A DNA stretch of 64,000 nt from an uncultured Candidatus Saccharibacteria bacterium (GTDB taxonomy: Bacteria; Patescibacteriota; Minisyncoccia; Phycocordibacterales; UBA9973). Shown here one piece after another: positions 56,304 through 64,000 of this stretch. Within the stretch, counting starts at the first letter, position 1; each line of letters begins with the position of its first letter. The stretch covers positions 344 through 64,343 of the forward strand of contig CAYNHU010000006.1 in the NCBI GenBank assembly GCA_964397435.1, read 5' to 3'. Position numbers and translations under genes: made by a program. A model generated the notes under the pieces. That model had not been told where the DNA came from. It was given only the letters and a program-made list of their open reading frames with translations, and did no database searches.

Positions 56304-58475
56304 TTATTCAAAATGCATTGTCTCGAGATGTCGTTCGGCGAGTGCGTTCTGCAATGCTCTGTGGTGTGTGAGAAGGGGATCATTCGCGATAATTGTTTGT
56401 GCCTCCTGTCGCGCAGCTTCCACCATTTTTATATTCTTGATTGCTTCCATGCCGAGGTCAGTCATACCCCATTGTTTTGTGCCTGCGAGTTCTCCTGCAC
56501 CACGAAGTGCGAGGTCGAGTTCCGCGAGCTCGAAACCGTTTTTTGCATTCTTGAATGCTTTCAATCGTTCTTTTGTCTTTTCTGATTTTGATTCAGCGAA
56601 TGCGAAACAGTACGCCTGATGTTCTCCTCGGATGACACGACCGCGAAGCTGGTGTAATTGTGAAAGTCCAAAACGTTCAGCTCCTTCGATGATGATGAGT
56701 GTTGCATTTGGTACGTTCACACCAACTTCGACAACTGACGTTGCGACAAGGATATCAATGGTGCCGTCAGCGAACTGACCCATGACGTATTCTTTATCTT
56801 CCTTTTTCATTTTTGAGTGAAGGATGCCAATGGTTTTGTCAGGGAACACATCTCGTTCAAGTCGTGCTGCTTCGGCAGTGACTGATTTGAGATTGAGTGC
56901 TGTTTCTTGTGCTGGATCTGGTTCATCGATGCGAGGACAGATGACATACAGTTGCCGGCCTTGAGCCATTTCTTTTTTGATGAGTTCATACGCTGCTTCT
57001 CGCTTATCCGGCAACACAATTTCAGTAATAATTGGTTTACGTCCGCTTGGCATTTGATCAAGCACGGTCAAATCAAGGTCACCGTAAATAGTAAGGGCGA
57101 GCGTTCGGGGGATTGGTGTTGCTGTCATTGAGAGATAGTGCGGAGCAAAACCTTCTTTTTTTGCGAGTTTGGCACGTTGGAGTGCACCGAATCGGTGTTG
57201 TTCGTCGATGATGACGAGTGCGAGATCTTTGAATTTTACGCTTTTTTGAATGAGTGCGTGTGTGCCAATGACGATAGGAATTTCGCCATTTTCAATCCAC
57301 TTCAAAAGTTGTGGACGTGAAATGTTTGTCCAGTTGTTTGTCTGTGATGCAACTTTTGAAGGGAACTTGCGGCAACCACTTCCTGTAAGCAAACCAATTT
57401 GAATACCGGTGTGAGTAAAATATTTAATGAAGTTTTCAAAATGTTGCGCAGCCAAGATTTCGGTTGGCGCCATGTAGGCAACTTGCAGTGCGCCAAAGTT
57501 TTGACCGCGTGGACGGTTTTTGATTGCCATGTACGCCGCAGTTGCTGCAACTGCAGTTTTGCCCGAACCTACATCGCCTTCGAGTAATCGAGCCATCGGA
57601 TGCGGTTCAGCCATAGTTGTTTTGAGTAATTCAATTGCTGTACTCTGAGCGTTTGTTGGTTTAAATGGAAAACGACCAATGAAATCTTGCATGTCTTTGT
57701 CGTTGGTTTCGATGATATAGGATTTGTTTTGTTCGTAGTCGTGTCGTTCCTGCTGACGTTTAAGCTGAATGAAAAAAACTTCTTCAAAAGCAAAACGTTT
57801 CTTTGCAGCGGACGCATCATTTTCATTGTGCGGTGTATGTATCCAGACGAGGGCAGTGTTGATGGTTGGTAGTTTGTATCTTGCAAGTAATTCCTCTGGT
57901 AAATATTCAGGAATCTCTTGCACGAGACCACTTTTGAAAATACGTTTGATGGTGTGATAGATCCAACGAGAAGTTATGCCTTTAGTTTCAGGATATACAG
58001 GAAAACCAAATACTGACGCCGCTGCATCGTCTTCGGCGAACAGAGAATCATGACTATCAATCGGCATAACCGCGTTTGTTTCGATTTCTGGATTTGAAAA
58101 ATACAGCCCTTGCTTGCCGCTGGTTACTTTGCCTGTCAGTGCAACGGTTTGACCGTCGTGCACCAACTTTGCCATGTAGGCTTGATGAAACCAGAGAATT
58201 TTAATTGAGCCACTCAAGTCTTCGATGGTAGCTTCACTCATTGGTATTTTCGTTTTGAATGATTTTTTTGTTTTGATACCGCGAATAGTTCCATAGACAG
58301 TCGCTGTTTCGCCAGCAACAAGATCTCTGATGTGTTTGATGTCACTAATGTGTGAGTAGCGAGTGGGGAAGTAATAGATGAGGTCTCGGACAGTTTCAAG
58401 ACCAAGTCGCTTGAGGGCCGCTTTCTGAGTGCTGTCGATTTTGGTTACTTTGTCGAGTGGCGTTCCGAGGTCCAT
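56304..58475 (-). CDS. recG: ATP-dependent DNA helicase RecG
   Basis: Wedge domain, GDVGSGKT, DEQHRFG and C-terminal helicase motifs. Start at MDLGTPLDK. Confidence 0.88.
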   Translation of the reverse strand: MDLGTPLDKVTKIDSTQKAALKRLGLETVRDLIYYFPTRYSHISDIKHIRDLVAGETATVYGTIRGIKTKKSFKTKIPMSEATIEDLSGSIKILWFHQAYMAKLVHDGQTVALTGKVTSGKQGLYFSNPEIETNAVMPIDSHDSLFAEDDAAASVFGFPVYPETKGITSRWIYHTIKRIFKSGLVQEIPEYLPEELLARYKLPTINTALVWIHTPHNENDASAAKKRFAFEEVFFIQLKRQQERHDYEQNKSYIIETNDKDMQDFIGRFPFKPTNAQSTAIELLKTTMAEPHPMARLLEGDVGSGKTAVAATAAYMAIKNRPRGQNFGALQVAYMAPTEILAAQHFENFIKYFTHTGIQIGLLTGSGCRKFPSKVASQTNNWTNISRPQLLKWIENGEIPIVIGTHALIQKSVKFKDLALVIIDEQHRFGALQRAKLAKKEGFAPHYLSMTATPIPRTLALTIYGDLDLTVLDQMPSGRKPIITEIVLPDKREAAYELIKKEMAQGRQLYVICPRIDEPDPAQETALNLKSVTAEAARLERDVFPDKTIGILHSKMKKEDKEYVMGQFADGTIDILVATSVVEVGVNVPNATLIIIEGAERFGLSQLHQLRGRVIRGEHQAYCFAFAESKSEKTKERLKAFKNAKNGFELAELDLALRGAGELAGTKQWGMTDLGMEAIKNIKMVEAARQEAQTIIANDPLLTHHRALQNALAERHLETMHFE

Positions 58476-58499
58476 ATCGGTCAGTATACCACAGAGCAA

Positions 58500-58529
58500 A
58501 AGCCGCCTCGTCGTACGACGAGGCGGCTT
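58500..58529. terminator. Perfect 30-bp palindrome (terminator of the response-regulator gene on the - strand)
   Basis: aagccgcctcgtcgtacgacgaggcggctt; the preceding aaaa gives a U-tract on the - strand. Confidence 0.7.
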
Positions 58530-58541
58530 GTCTGCTGTCAA

Positions 58542-58913
58542 TTATTGACCAATGAGACTTTTGATTTTGTCCGCTAGTTCATCAAGCGTAAAGTTTGATT
58601 TAATCATGAAATCGGTTGCCCCGAGATCTTTTGCCTGCATGATATCTTTGTCTTCTGCGAGGTTTGAAAAGATGATGATTGGAGTTTGTACGAGTTTTGG
58701 ATTACCTCGGAATTTCTTCAAAAGATCAAAACCACTTGTACCAGGGAGGACGAGATCAAGCAATACAAAGTCAGGAGTGTCTGCCTCTACCTGTTTCTCA
58801 GCATCATCAGTAGTTGATGCTGTTGCTACTGTATAGCCTTCTTTGATGAGCTTGGTTGCTGCAAGTCCCTGAAGGAATGTGTCGTCTTCAACGATCAGAA
58901 TTTTCTTTGCCAT
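58542..58913 (-). CDS. Single-domain response regulator (CheY-like receiver)
   Basis: KILIVEDD, phospho-acceptor Asp in FVLLDLVLPG and KS/T motif. Start at MAKKILIV. Confidence 0.85.
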   Translation of the reverse strand: MAKKILIVEDDTFLQGLAATKLIKEGYTVATASTTDDAEKQVEADTPDFVLLDLVLPGTSGFDLLKKFRGNPKLVQTPIIIFSNLAEDKDIMQAKDLGATDFMIKSNFTLDELADKIKSLIGQ

Positions 58914-58947
58914 ATATGATAAGTATACTATACCTTCTACTATTCGA

Positions 58948-59703
58948 CTACTGTACGTTACGCACCTTGGGAAGTGAGAAAAAGAACGTTGTACCTTCAT
59001 TTTCCTGACTCTCAAACCAGAGTTTTCCGCCATGTGCTTCGATAATCATCTTGTTGGTGTACAAGCCGAGACCTGAACCCAATTCAGCTGTTTGTTTTGC
59101 GTTGGTTGCACGATAGAACTTTTCAAAAATCTTTGCCTGTTCAGCAGGCGGAATGCCGATGCCTTGGTCTTTGACTGAAACACGGAGTTCTTCGCCGGCG
59201 TCAATCACTGACACAATGACACTTCCACCGGCGCGTGAATATTTGAGCGCATTCTCAACAAGATTTTGTGCGACCACACGAATTTTGTCGTAGTCGATAG
59301 ATATCTTTGCTGGTAGTGGAGATGGTTTAAGGAAAATGATTTCGACATTCTTTTTGAATGACTCACCGTGAAAATCAAAAATAGTTTCATCGAGCAATTC
59401 AACAATATCAGCTTCGTTGAAATGATATGCCATCGTGACGCCATCTTGCGCGTGGTTGATGTTGAGCATGTCATTAACAAGTTTAATCATTCGTTCGGTT
59501 GTGTCGTATGCTTTTTTCATGAAACCCGCTTGTTCGTGGGTGATTTCGCCAAAGTCTCGATCAAGAAACATTTTGAGCATCCATTTGTTGGCTGCAAGCG
59601 ATGTTCTTAATTGGTGTGCTGAGATTGAAATCCAGTCACTTTTTACTGTACTCATTTGCTTGAGTTCAGCGTTTTCTTTCCGAAGTTCATGTAATTCGTC
59701 CAT
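58948..59703 (-). CDS. Cytoplasmic sensor histidine kinase (HisKA + HATPase_c, no TM)
   Basis: H-box ISAHQLRTSLA, N-box and G-boxes (DQGIGIP, GSGLGL). Confidence 0.78.
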   Translation of the reverse strand: MDELHELRKENAELKQMSTVKSDWISISAHQLRTSLAANKWMLKMFLDRDFGEITHEQAGFMKKAYDTTERMIKLVNDMLNINHAQDGVTMAYHFNEADIVELLDETIFDFHGESFKKNVEIIFLKPSPLPAKISIDYDKIRVVAQNLVENALKYSRAGGSVIVSVIDAGEELRVSVKDQGIGIPPAEQAKIFEKFYRATNAKQTAELGSGLGLYTNKMIIEAHGGKLWFESQENEGTTFFFSLPKVRNVQ

Positions 59704-59741
59704 GGGGAAAGTATACCACCAGAATGATGACTCTGGTAGTT

Positions 59742-60260
59742 TTATTGAAGTGGAGCAGGCATCTCTCTCTGAGGAGGAATTTGTCCGGCCGTTGTTTGTC
59801 CACCCGAGGCTTTTGGTGTGGTTTCTGGTTGTATCATAGCTGGCGCTTTTGCCTGAATTTGAATAGATTGTGCAGTTACTGAGCCGTCGCTATTTGTCTT
59901 TCCTGTGATGGTGATAAATTTCCCCGCAACCAGGTCAGATTTACTACCGTCGACTGACTTACTGACCATTGTCGAGTCTCCGAGAAATACAATTTTTGAA
60001 CTACCGTTTTGCATTTTAAGGGTGAGTGTTGTGCCATCAAAAGAGATAACTTCTCCACCAATGAAACCACCCATTCCTGATCGTGCAGTAGTTCGTCCTC
60101 CTGTTTGGTTATTCATCATTTGTCCAAATCGATTTTGATTTGTCGCTCGGCTCTTATTTTTACCGTAGCTGGTACCAGCCCAAAACGAGAGACTAAGTGC
60201 GATAATAAGTACTGCACTAAGCGCTGCCACTGTCTTTTTGTCATGTAATTGTAATGTCAT
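59742..60260 (-). CDS. Secreted DUF5666-like beta-rich protein (hypothetical)
   Basis: Signal peptide + Gly/Thr-rich linker + repeated V.S.DG.TLTL/.I.ITG motif. Confidence 0.4.
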   Translation of the reverse strand: MTLQLHDKKTVAALSAVLIIALSLSFWAGTSYGKNKSRATNQNRFGQMMNNQTGGRTTARSGMGGFIGGEVISFDGTTLTLKMQNGSSKIVFLGDSTMVSKSVDGSKSDLVAGKFITITGKTNSDGSVTAQSIQIQAKAPAMIQPETTPKASGGQTTAGQIPPQREMPAPLQ

Positions 60261-60329
60261 AAACGTACGTTGTACTAGATAAATAATTGCACTGAGTATA
60301 TATACGCAGAGTGTATCGACATTGGTGCA

Positions 60330-61550
60330 TTATTCGTAACGTAATGCATCGATAGGATTAAGTTTTGCAGCTCGAGACGCTGGATAATATCCAAAGACGA
60401 TGCCAATTGCTGTTGAGACACCGAATGCGAGCACCACTGAACTTAGCGAAACATTTGTTGCGATGATGTTGAGTTGGGATACCGTAAACGCAAGCAGCCA
60501 TCCAATAGCTACTCCGATCGTGCCACCTGTAAATGTGAGCATAACCGCCTCTATCAAAAATTGAAGACTAATGTCTTTGCGTTTTGCACCGATTGCTTTG
60601 CGAAGACCAATTTCTTTTGTTCGCTCTGTGACGGTTGTGAGCATCATGTTCATGATACCTATACCACCAACAAGTAGGGAAATACCTGCTACTGCTGCAA
60701 GTAGAATCGTAAATGTGCTGGTAACACTTGAAGCTGTTGCGATAATGTCTGCTTGGTTGAGGGTTGAAAAATCAGCTTGAGTTGCGTCGCTGATACGGTG
60801 TCGAGTAAGTAATGTATCTGTAATGTTTTGTTGGACCTGACTTGTTACATCACCACTTGTTGCAGCGACGCTAATTGAGGTGACGTATTGGTCACCAGAA
60901 AAATATCGTTGAGCCGTAGTAATTGGTATATAGATACTATCATCTTGGTTTTGAAATCCAGTGCCACCTTTTGCTTTTGTGATACCAATAACTTTAAATT
61001 GAGTACCTTTGATTCGGATTGTTTGACCAAGTGCTGCTGCTCCTTCTCCGAAAAGATCATCACGTGTTGTCGGTCCAAGAACTGCAACTTTTGCGCCGCT
61101 TTGTATATTAGTATCAGTAATAAATACACCTTCATCAATTTGTACATTGCGCACGGTAAGATACGCCGCCGTAACACCTGTAACTGATGTGTTGGTGTTG
61201 GTCCCTTTTGCTGTCACTTGGTATCGTCCAGATACTTCAGGGGATACAGCGAGTACGCCATCAAGTGAGGTGAGTGCAGTAGCGTCTTCAAGAGTCAATG
61301 ATTTTGCTGAACCACGACCTTGGCTAACTTGAAATCCTGGACCGCGCTGTGTTCCTGGTGAAACAGTAATGAGATTTGATCCGATTGATTCAATCGATGA
61401 CTGAATTGATTTTTGTGCACCTGATCCGATTGCAGTCATCGCAATTACTGATGCAATCCCAATAATAATACCGAGCATCGTGAGGAAGGTTCGAATTTTG
61501 TTTGCAGAAAGTGCACTGTATGTTTCTTCAAGAATATCTCGTGTTGTCAT
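60330..61550 (-). CDS. ABC transporter permease, MacB/FtsX family
   Basis: N-terminal TM, large periplasmic domain and C-terminal FtsX four-helix domain. Confidence 0.82.
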   Translation of the reverse strand: MTTRDILEETYSALSANKIRTFLTMLGIIIGIASVIAMTAIGSGAQKSIQSSIESIGSNLITVSPGTQRGPGFQVSQGRGSAKSLTLEDATALTSLDGVLAVSPEVSGRYQVTAKGTNTNTSVTGVTAAYLTVRNVQIDEGVFITDTNIQSGAKVAVLGPTTRDDLFGEGAAALGQTIRIKGTQFKVIGITKAKGGTGFQNQDDSIYIPITTAQRYFSGDQYVTSISVAATSGDVTSQVQQNITDTLLTRHRISDATQADFSTLNQADIIATASSVTSTFTILLAAVAGISLLVGGIGIMNMMLTTVTERTKEIGLRKAIGAKRKDISLQFLIEAVMLTFTGGTIGVAIGWLLAFTVSQLNIIATNVSLSSVVLAFGVSTAIGIVFGYYPASRAAKLNPIDALRYE

Positions 61551-62242
61551 GATCGTGCGTGGTGTGTTTTCTTGTCACTCAAAACAACACCGTCTTTTAT
61601 GTGGATAATACGATCAGCATGCTCGGCAACATCCTGTTCGTGTGTAATAAGTACAATCGTGCGTCCAAGTTCTCGGTTGAGTTTCTGAAATGTGGTAAGT
61701 ACGATTTCACCAGTGCGAGAATCAAGGTTTCCTGTTGGTTCATCTGCAAGAATCAGTGTTGGATTGTTTACCAGTGCACGAGCGATTGCTACACGTTGAA
61801 TTTGTCCACCAGAGAGCTGGTTTGAGAGGTGAGCAAAATGTTCTTCATCTAAGCCTGCAGAAATGAGTGCTTGGCGCGCGCGTTCCGCGCGCGCCTCATG
61901 CGGAACCTCTTCATACACAAGCGGGAGCATCACATTTCGTATAACCGTTGTTCGTGGAAGTAAGTTGAATGCCTGAAACACAAACCCAATTTTTTCTCGT
62001 CGAATATCAGCAAGCTCATCGTCTGAGAGCATTGATACATCTTTGCCATCAAGGTGGTACGTTCCCGAACTTGGAGTATCGAGTGCTCCGAGGATATGCA
62101 TGAGTGTTGATTTACCTGAACCCGATGGTCCCATGATTGCAACAAATTCGCCATCATGAATTGTAAAACTAACACCCTTTAATGCTTGATACTCATTACT
62201 TCCAGAATTATAGGTTTTAGTAATGTTTGTAATTTCAATCAT
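61547..62242 (-). CDS. ABC transporter ATP-binding protein (MacB/LolD-type)
   Basis: GPSGSGKST Walker [16 protein letters not shown] signature and [11 protein letters not shown] Walker B. Confidence 0.92.
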   Translation of the reverse strand: MIEITNITKTYNSGSNEYQALKGVSFTIHDGEFVAIMGPSGSGKSTLMHILGALDTPSSGTYHLDGKDVSMLSDDELADIRREKIGFVFQAFNLLPRTTVIRNVMLPLVYEEVPHEARAERARQALISAGLDEEHFAHLSNQLSGGQIQRVAIARALVNNPTLILADEPTGNLDSRTGEIVLTTFQKLNRELGRTIVLITHEQDVAEHADRIIHIKDGVVLSDKKTHHARS

Positions 62243-62254
62243 AGAGTTTTTAGA

Positions 62255-63922
62255 TTATCTTCCTAAGCTGCGCATCGCATTGTTGGTTGAACGATTTGTT
62301 GTCGAATTACCACCAAACAAACTTGGAGCAGATGACGTTGTTGTTTTTGTTGTCGTTGTCGAGATTGTTCGTGTGACGATCTGCTCTCCTTCGGTGAGGC
62401 CAGAAATGATTTCAGTTAAACTATCATCAGAAATACCGACTTCGACGCTGACTTGTTGCGGTGCTGTTTTTGAGATCACACCTGTTTGCCCATCAGTTGA
62501 AGTACTGTCGATTGCTGGTGAGAAAACTTCAACATATGACCCAGCAGTATTTGTTTTAATTGCTGATGATGGCACCGTGAGTACATCAACACGAGTGTCG
62601 GTGATAATTCCCGCGCTCACACTCATTCCTGGCTTAATGCGTATATCGTCGGTGTCAAAACTAATTTTGACAGTGTAGTTGACGACGCCTTGGCTCACGG
62701 TACCCACAGTATCAATTTCGGCAACTTCGCCTGTAAGTGTGAGATCTTCAATTGCGTCAAACGTAAGCGTTGCCTTGTCTCCTAACGCAATTTTTGAAAC
62801 ATCAACTTCGTTCAGAGTAATTGATGCAATTTTTTGTTGCGTGATGATTGTTGCAATACTACTTGAGGCATCTTGTCCGACGATTGCACTCACTGAAGCT
62901 ACAGTTCCACTGAATGGGGCAGTGACATAGCAGTCAGCTAAATTATTTTTCGCATCAAGTAATGCATCTTGTTTTTGTTGGACTGCAAGTTTTTTTGCAC
63001 GAAGCTCTAATGCATCAGGTGTGTAGAGTTCAGCGAGATTTTCTTTGTTTTGCGCTATTGTTAATTCAGCATCACGTTCAGTTTTTTTCTGATCGTCAAT
63101 TGCTTTGTTGTATGCAGCAAGATTTTGCTCGTATGTCGCCGGTGTCTTATTTGGGAGATCGATAATCCATGTCTGCTGGCCAAGGTTAGTACTTGAAAAC
63201 TTAATATATAGTCCCGAGTCTCCCAGTGGTTGTGGAATCGTTGAAGACACATTGCCTGTTCCTACGACAATCCCAGAGGGAATACTTGAAACTGAATAGT
63301 ATGCGTTACTACCTGCTTCGTGTACTTCAATATAAATTTGAGCAGCAACATCTTTTGTGTATGTGCCACTAATGGTTGGACCGCTTTGTGTGCTTGTTGT
63401 ATCAGAAGCACGAACAGCTGTCGATGTATTCAAGAGGGCTCGATATGCATCTTTAACATTTTGCGCCGCATCTTCTTTTGATTTTTCTGCATTTTTAATA
63501 GCAGTCTCAATCGCGAGAACTTCAACTGATTTTGGTGGTTCTTGGAATTTTGCTAAATCAAGTTCAGCTGTTTCAAGTTCAGTTTGCGCAGTACGTACAG
63601 CTTGCTGAGCATCACGCGCATCAACCGCAGCAATTGTTTGTCCTCGAGTAACCGTGTCGCCAGGCTTAACAGCAACATAGGTGATGGTGCCACTTGTTTT
63701 TGCCTTAAGATCAACAGAATTGGTTGCCGCAACTTGCCCTCCGCCACTAATTGATGCAACAATAGTACCTTTTTCTACTGTGCCAGTGACGTATCGTGTT
63801 TCGGTTGTTGATGAACCTCGGAATAAAAAATATAAAGCGATACCAATGAGTACTACTGCGAATACAGTGAGTAGTTTGTGTTTTAAAATAAATGTAGTTA
63901 CTTTTTTAAAAAGTTCATGCAT
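62255..63922 (-). CDS. Membrane-fusion (HlyD/MacA-like) periplasmic adaptor protein with Thr-rich C-terminal tail
   Basis: N-terminal TM anchor, coiled-coil, lipoyl/beta-barrel motifs (TGTVEKG, VKPGDTV), tripartite gene order with ABC genes. Confidence 0.75.
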   Translation of the reverse strand: MHELFKKVTTFILKHKLLTVFAVVLIGIALYFLFRGSSTTETRYVTGTVEKGTIVASISGGGQVAATNSVDLKAKTSGTITYVAVKPGDTVTRGQTIAAVDARDAQQAVRTAQTELETAELDLAKFQEPPKSVEVLAIETAIKNAEKSKEDAAQNVKDAYRALLNTSTAVRASDTTSTQSGPTISGTYTKDVAAQIYIEVHEAGSNAYYSVSSIPSGIVVGTGNVSSTIPQPLGDSGLYIKFSSTNLGQQTWIIDLPNKTPATYEQNLAAYNKAIDDQKKTERDAELTIAQNKENLAELYTPDALELRAKKLAVQQKQDALLDAKNNLADCYVTAPFSGTVASVSAIVGQDASSSIATIITQQKIASITLNEVDVSKIALGDKATLTFDAIEDLTLTGEVAEIDTVGTVSQGVVNYTVKISFDTDDIRIKPGMSVSAGIITDTRVDVLTVPSSAIKTNTAGSYVEVFSPAIDSTSTDGQTGVISKTAPQQVSVEVGISDDSLTEIISGLTEGEQIVTRTISTTTTKTTTSSAPSLFGGNSTTNRSTNNAMRSLGR

Positions 63923-64000
63923 GATTACACTCCTCTATAATTACCGTGAATCGGTTGCCGGTGCTGGAGGAGGTACTGGCATTGTTCTAATAAATTTTGC

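Noticed and set aside
1-64000. CRISPR arrays, rRNA genes, transposases/integrases
   Set aside because: No regularly spaced direct repeats, no 16S/23S/5S-like sequence, and no transposase or recombinase motifs (DDE, tyrosine or serine recombinase) were seen in any frame.

Overview
The window is a 64-kb chromosomal segment from an AT-rich, compact genome with strong Candidate Phyla Radiation (Patescibacteria) character. No L30 gene lies between rpsE and rplO, the ribosomal-protein operons are fragmented, and small Rho-independent terminators follow nearly every transcription unit. It carries the str operon (rpsL-rpsG-[insert]-fusA-[insert]-tuf) and the S10/spc/alpha cluster (rpsJ-rplCDWB | rpsS-rplV-rpsC-rplP-rpmC-rpsQ-rplNXE | rpsZ-rpsH-rplFR-rpsE-rplO-secY-adk-[pyrH-like]-map), each interrupted by non-ribosomal inserts. 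Other housekeeping genes are tpiA, pgk, recJ, rnhA, a split comEC, Fe/Mn SOD, rpmB, infC-rpmI-rplT, truB, a PGM/PMM-family mutase, smpB plus an adjacent tmRNA, ftsH, one tRNA (anticodon UAU), recG, a cytoplasmic two-component system, and a MacAB-like ABC exporter with its membrane-fusion protein. Items worth a second look: (i) a soluble VirD4/TraD-like P-loop ATPase translationally coupled to a CYTH (class-IV adenylyl-cyclase-like) protein next to ndk; (ii) an ~850-bp cassette with its own promoter, two tiny lysine-rich ORFs and two terminators wedged between fusA and tuf; (iii) a ~1050-aa beta-helix/peptidoglycan-binding secreted protein between rpsG and fusA; (iv) a pyrE gene broken by a single-base frameshift; (v) an HTTM-DCC fusion membrane protein; (vi) perfect long palindromes in and around comEC; (vii) a solitary MazF/PemK-like toxin; (viii) a repeated terminator element. 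All calls rest on reading translated motifs and sequence by eye; no searches were run.
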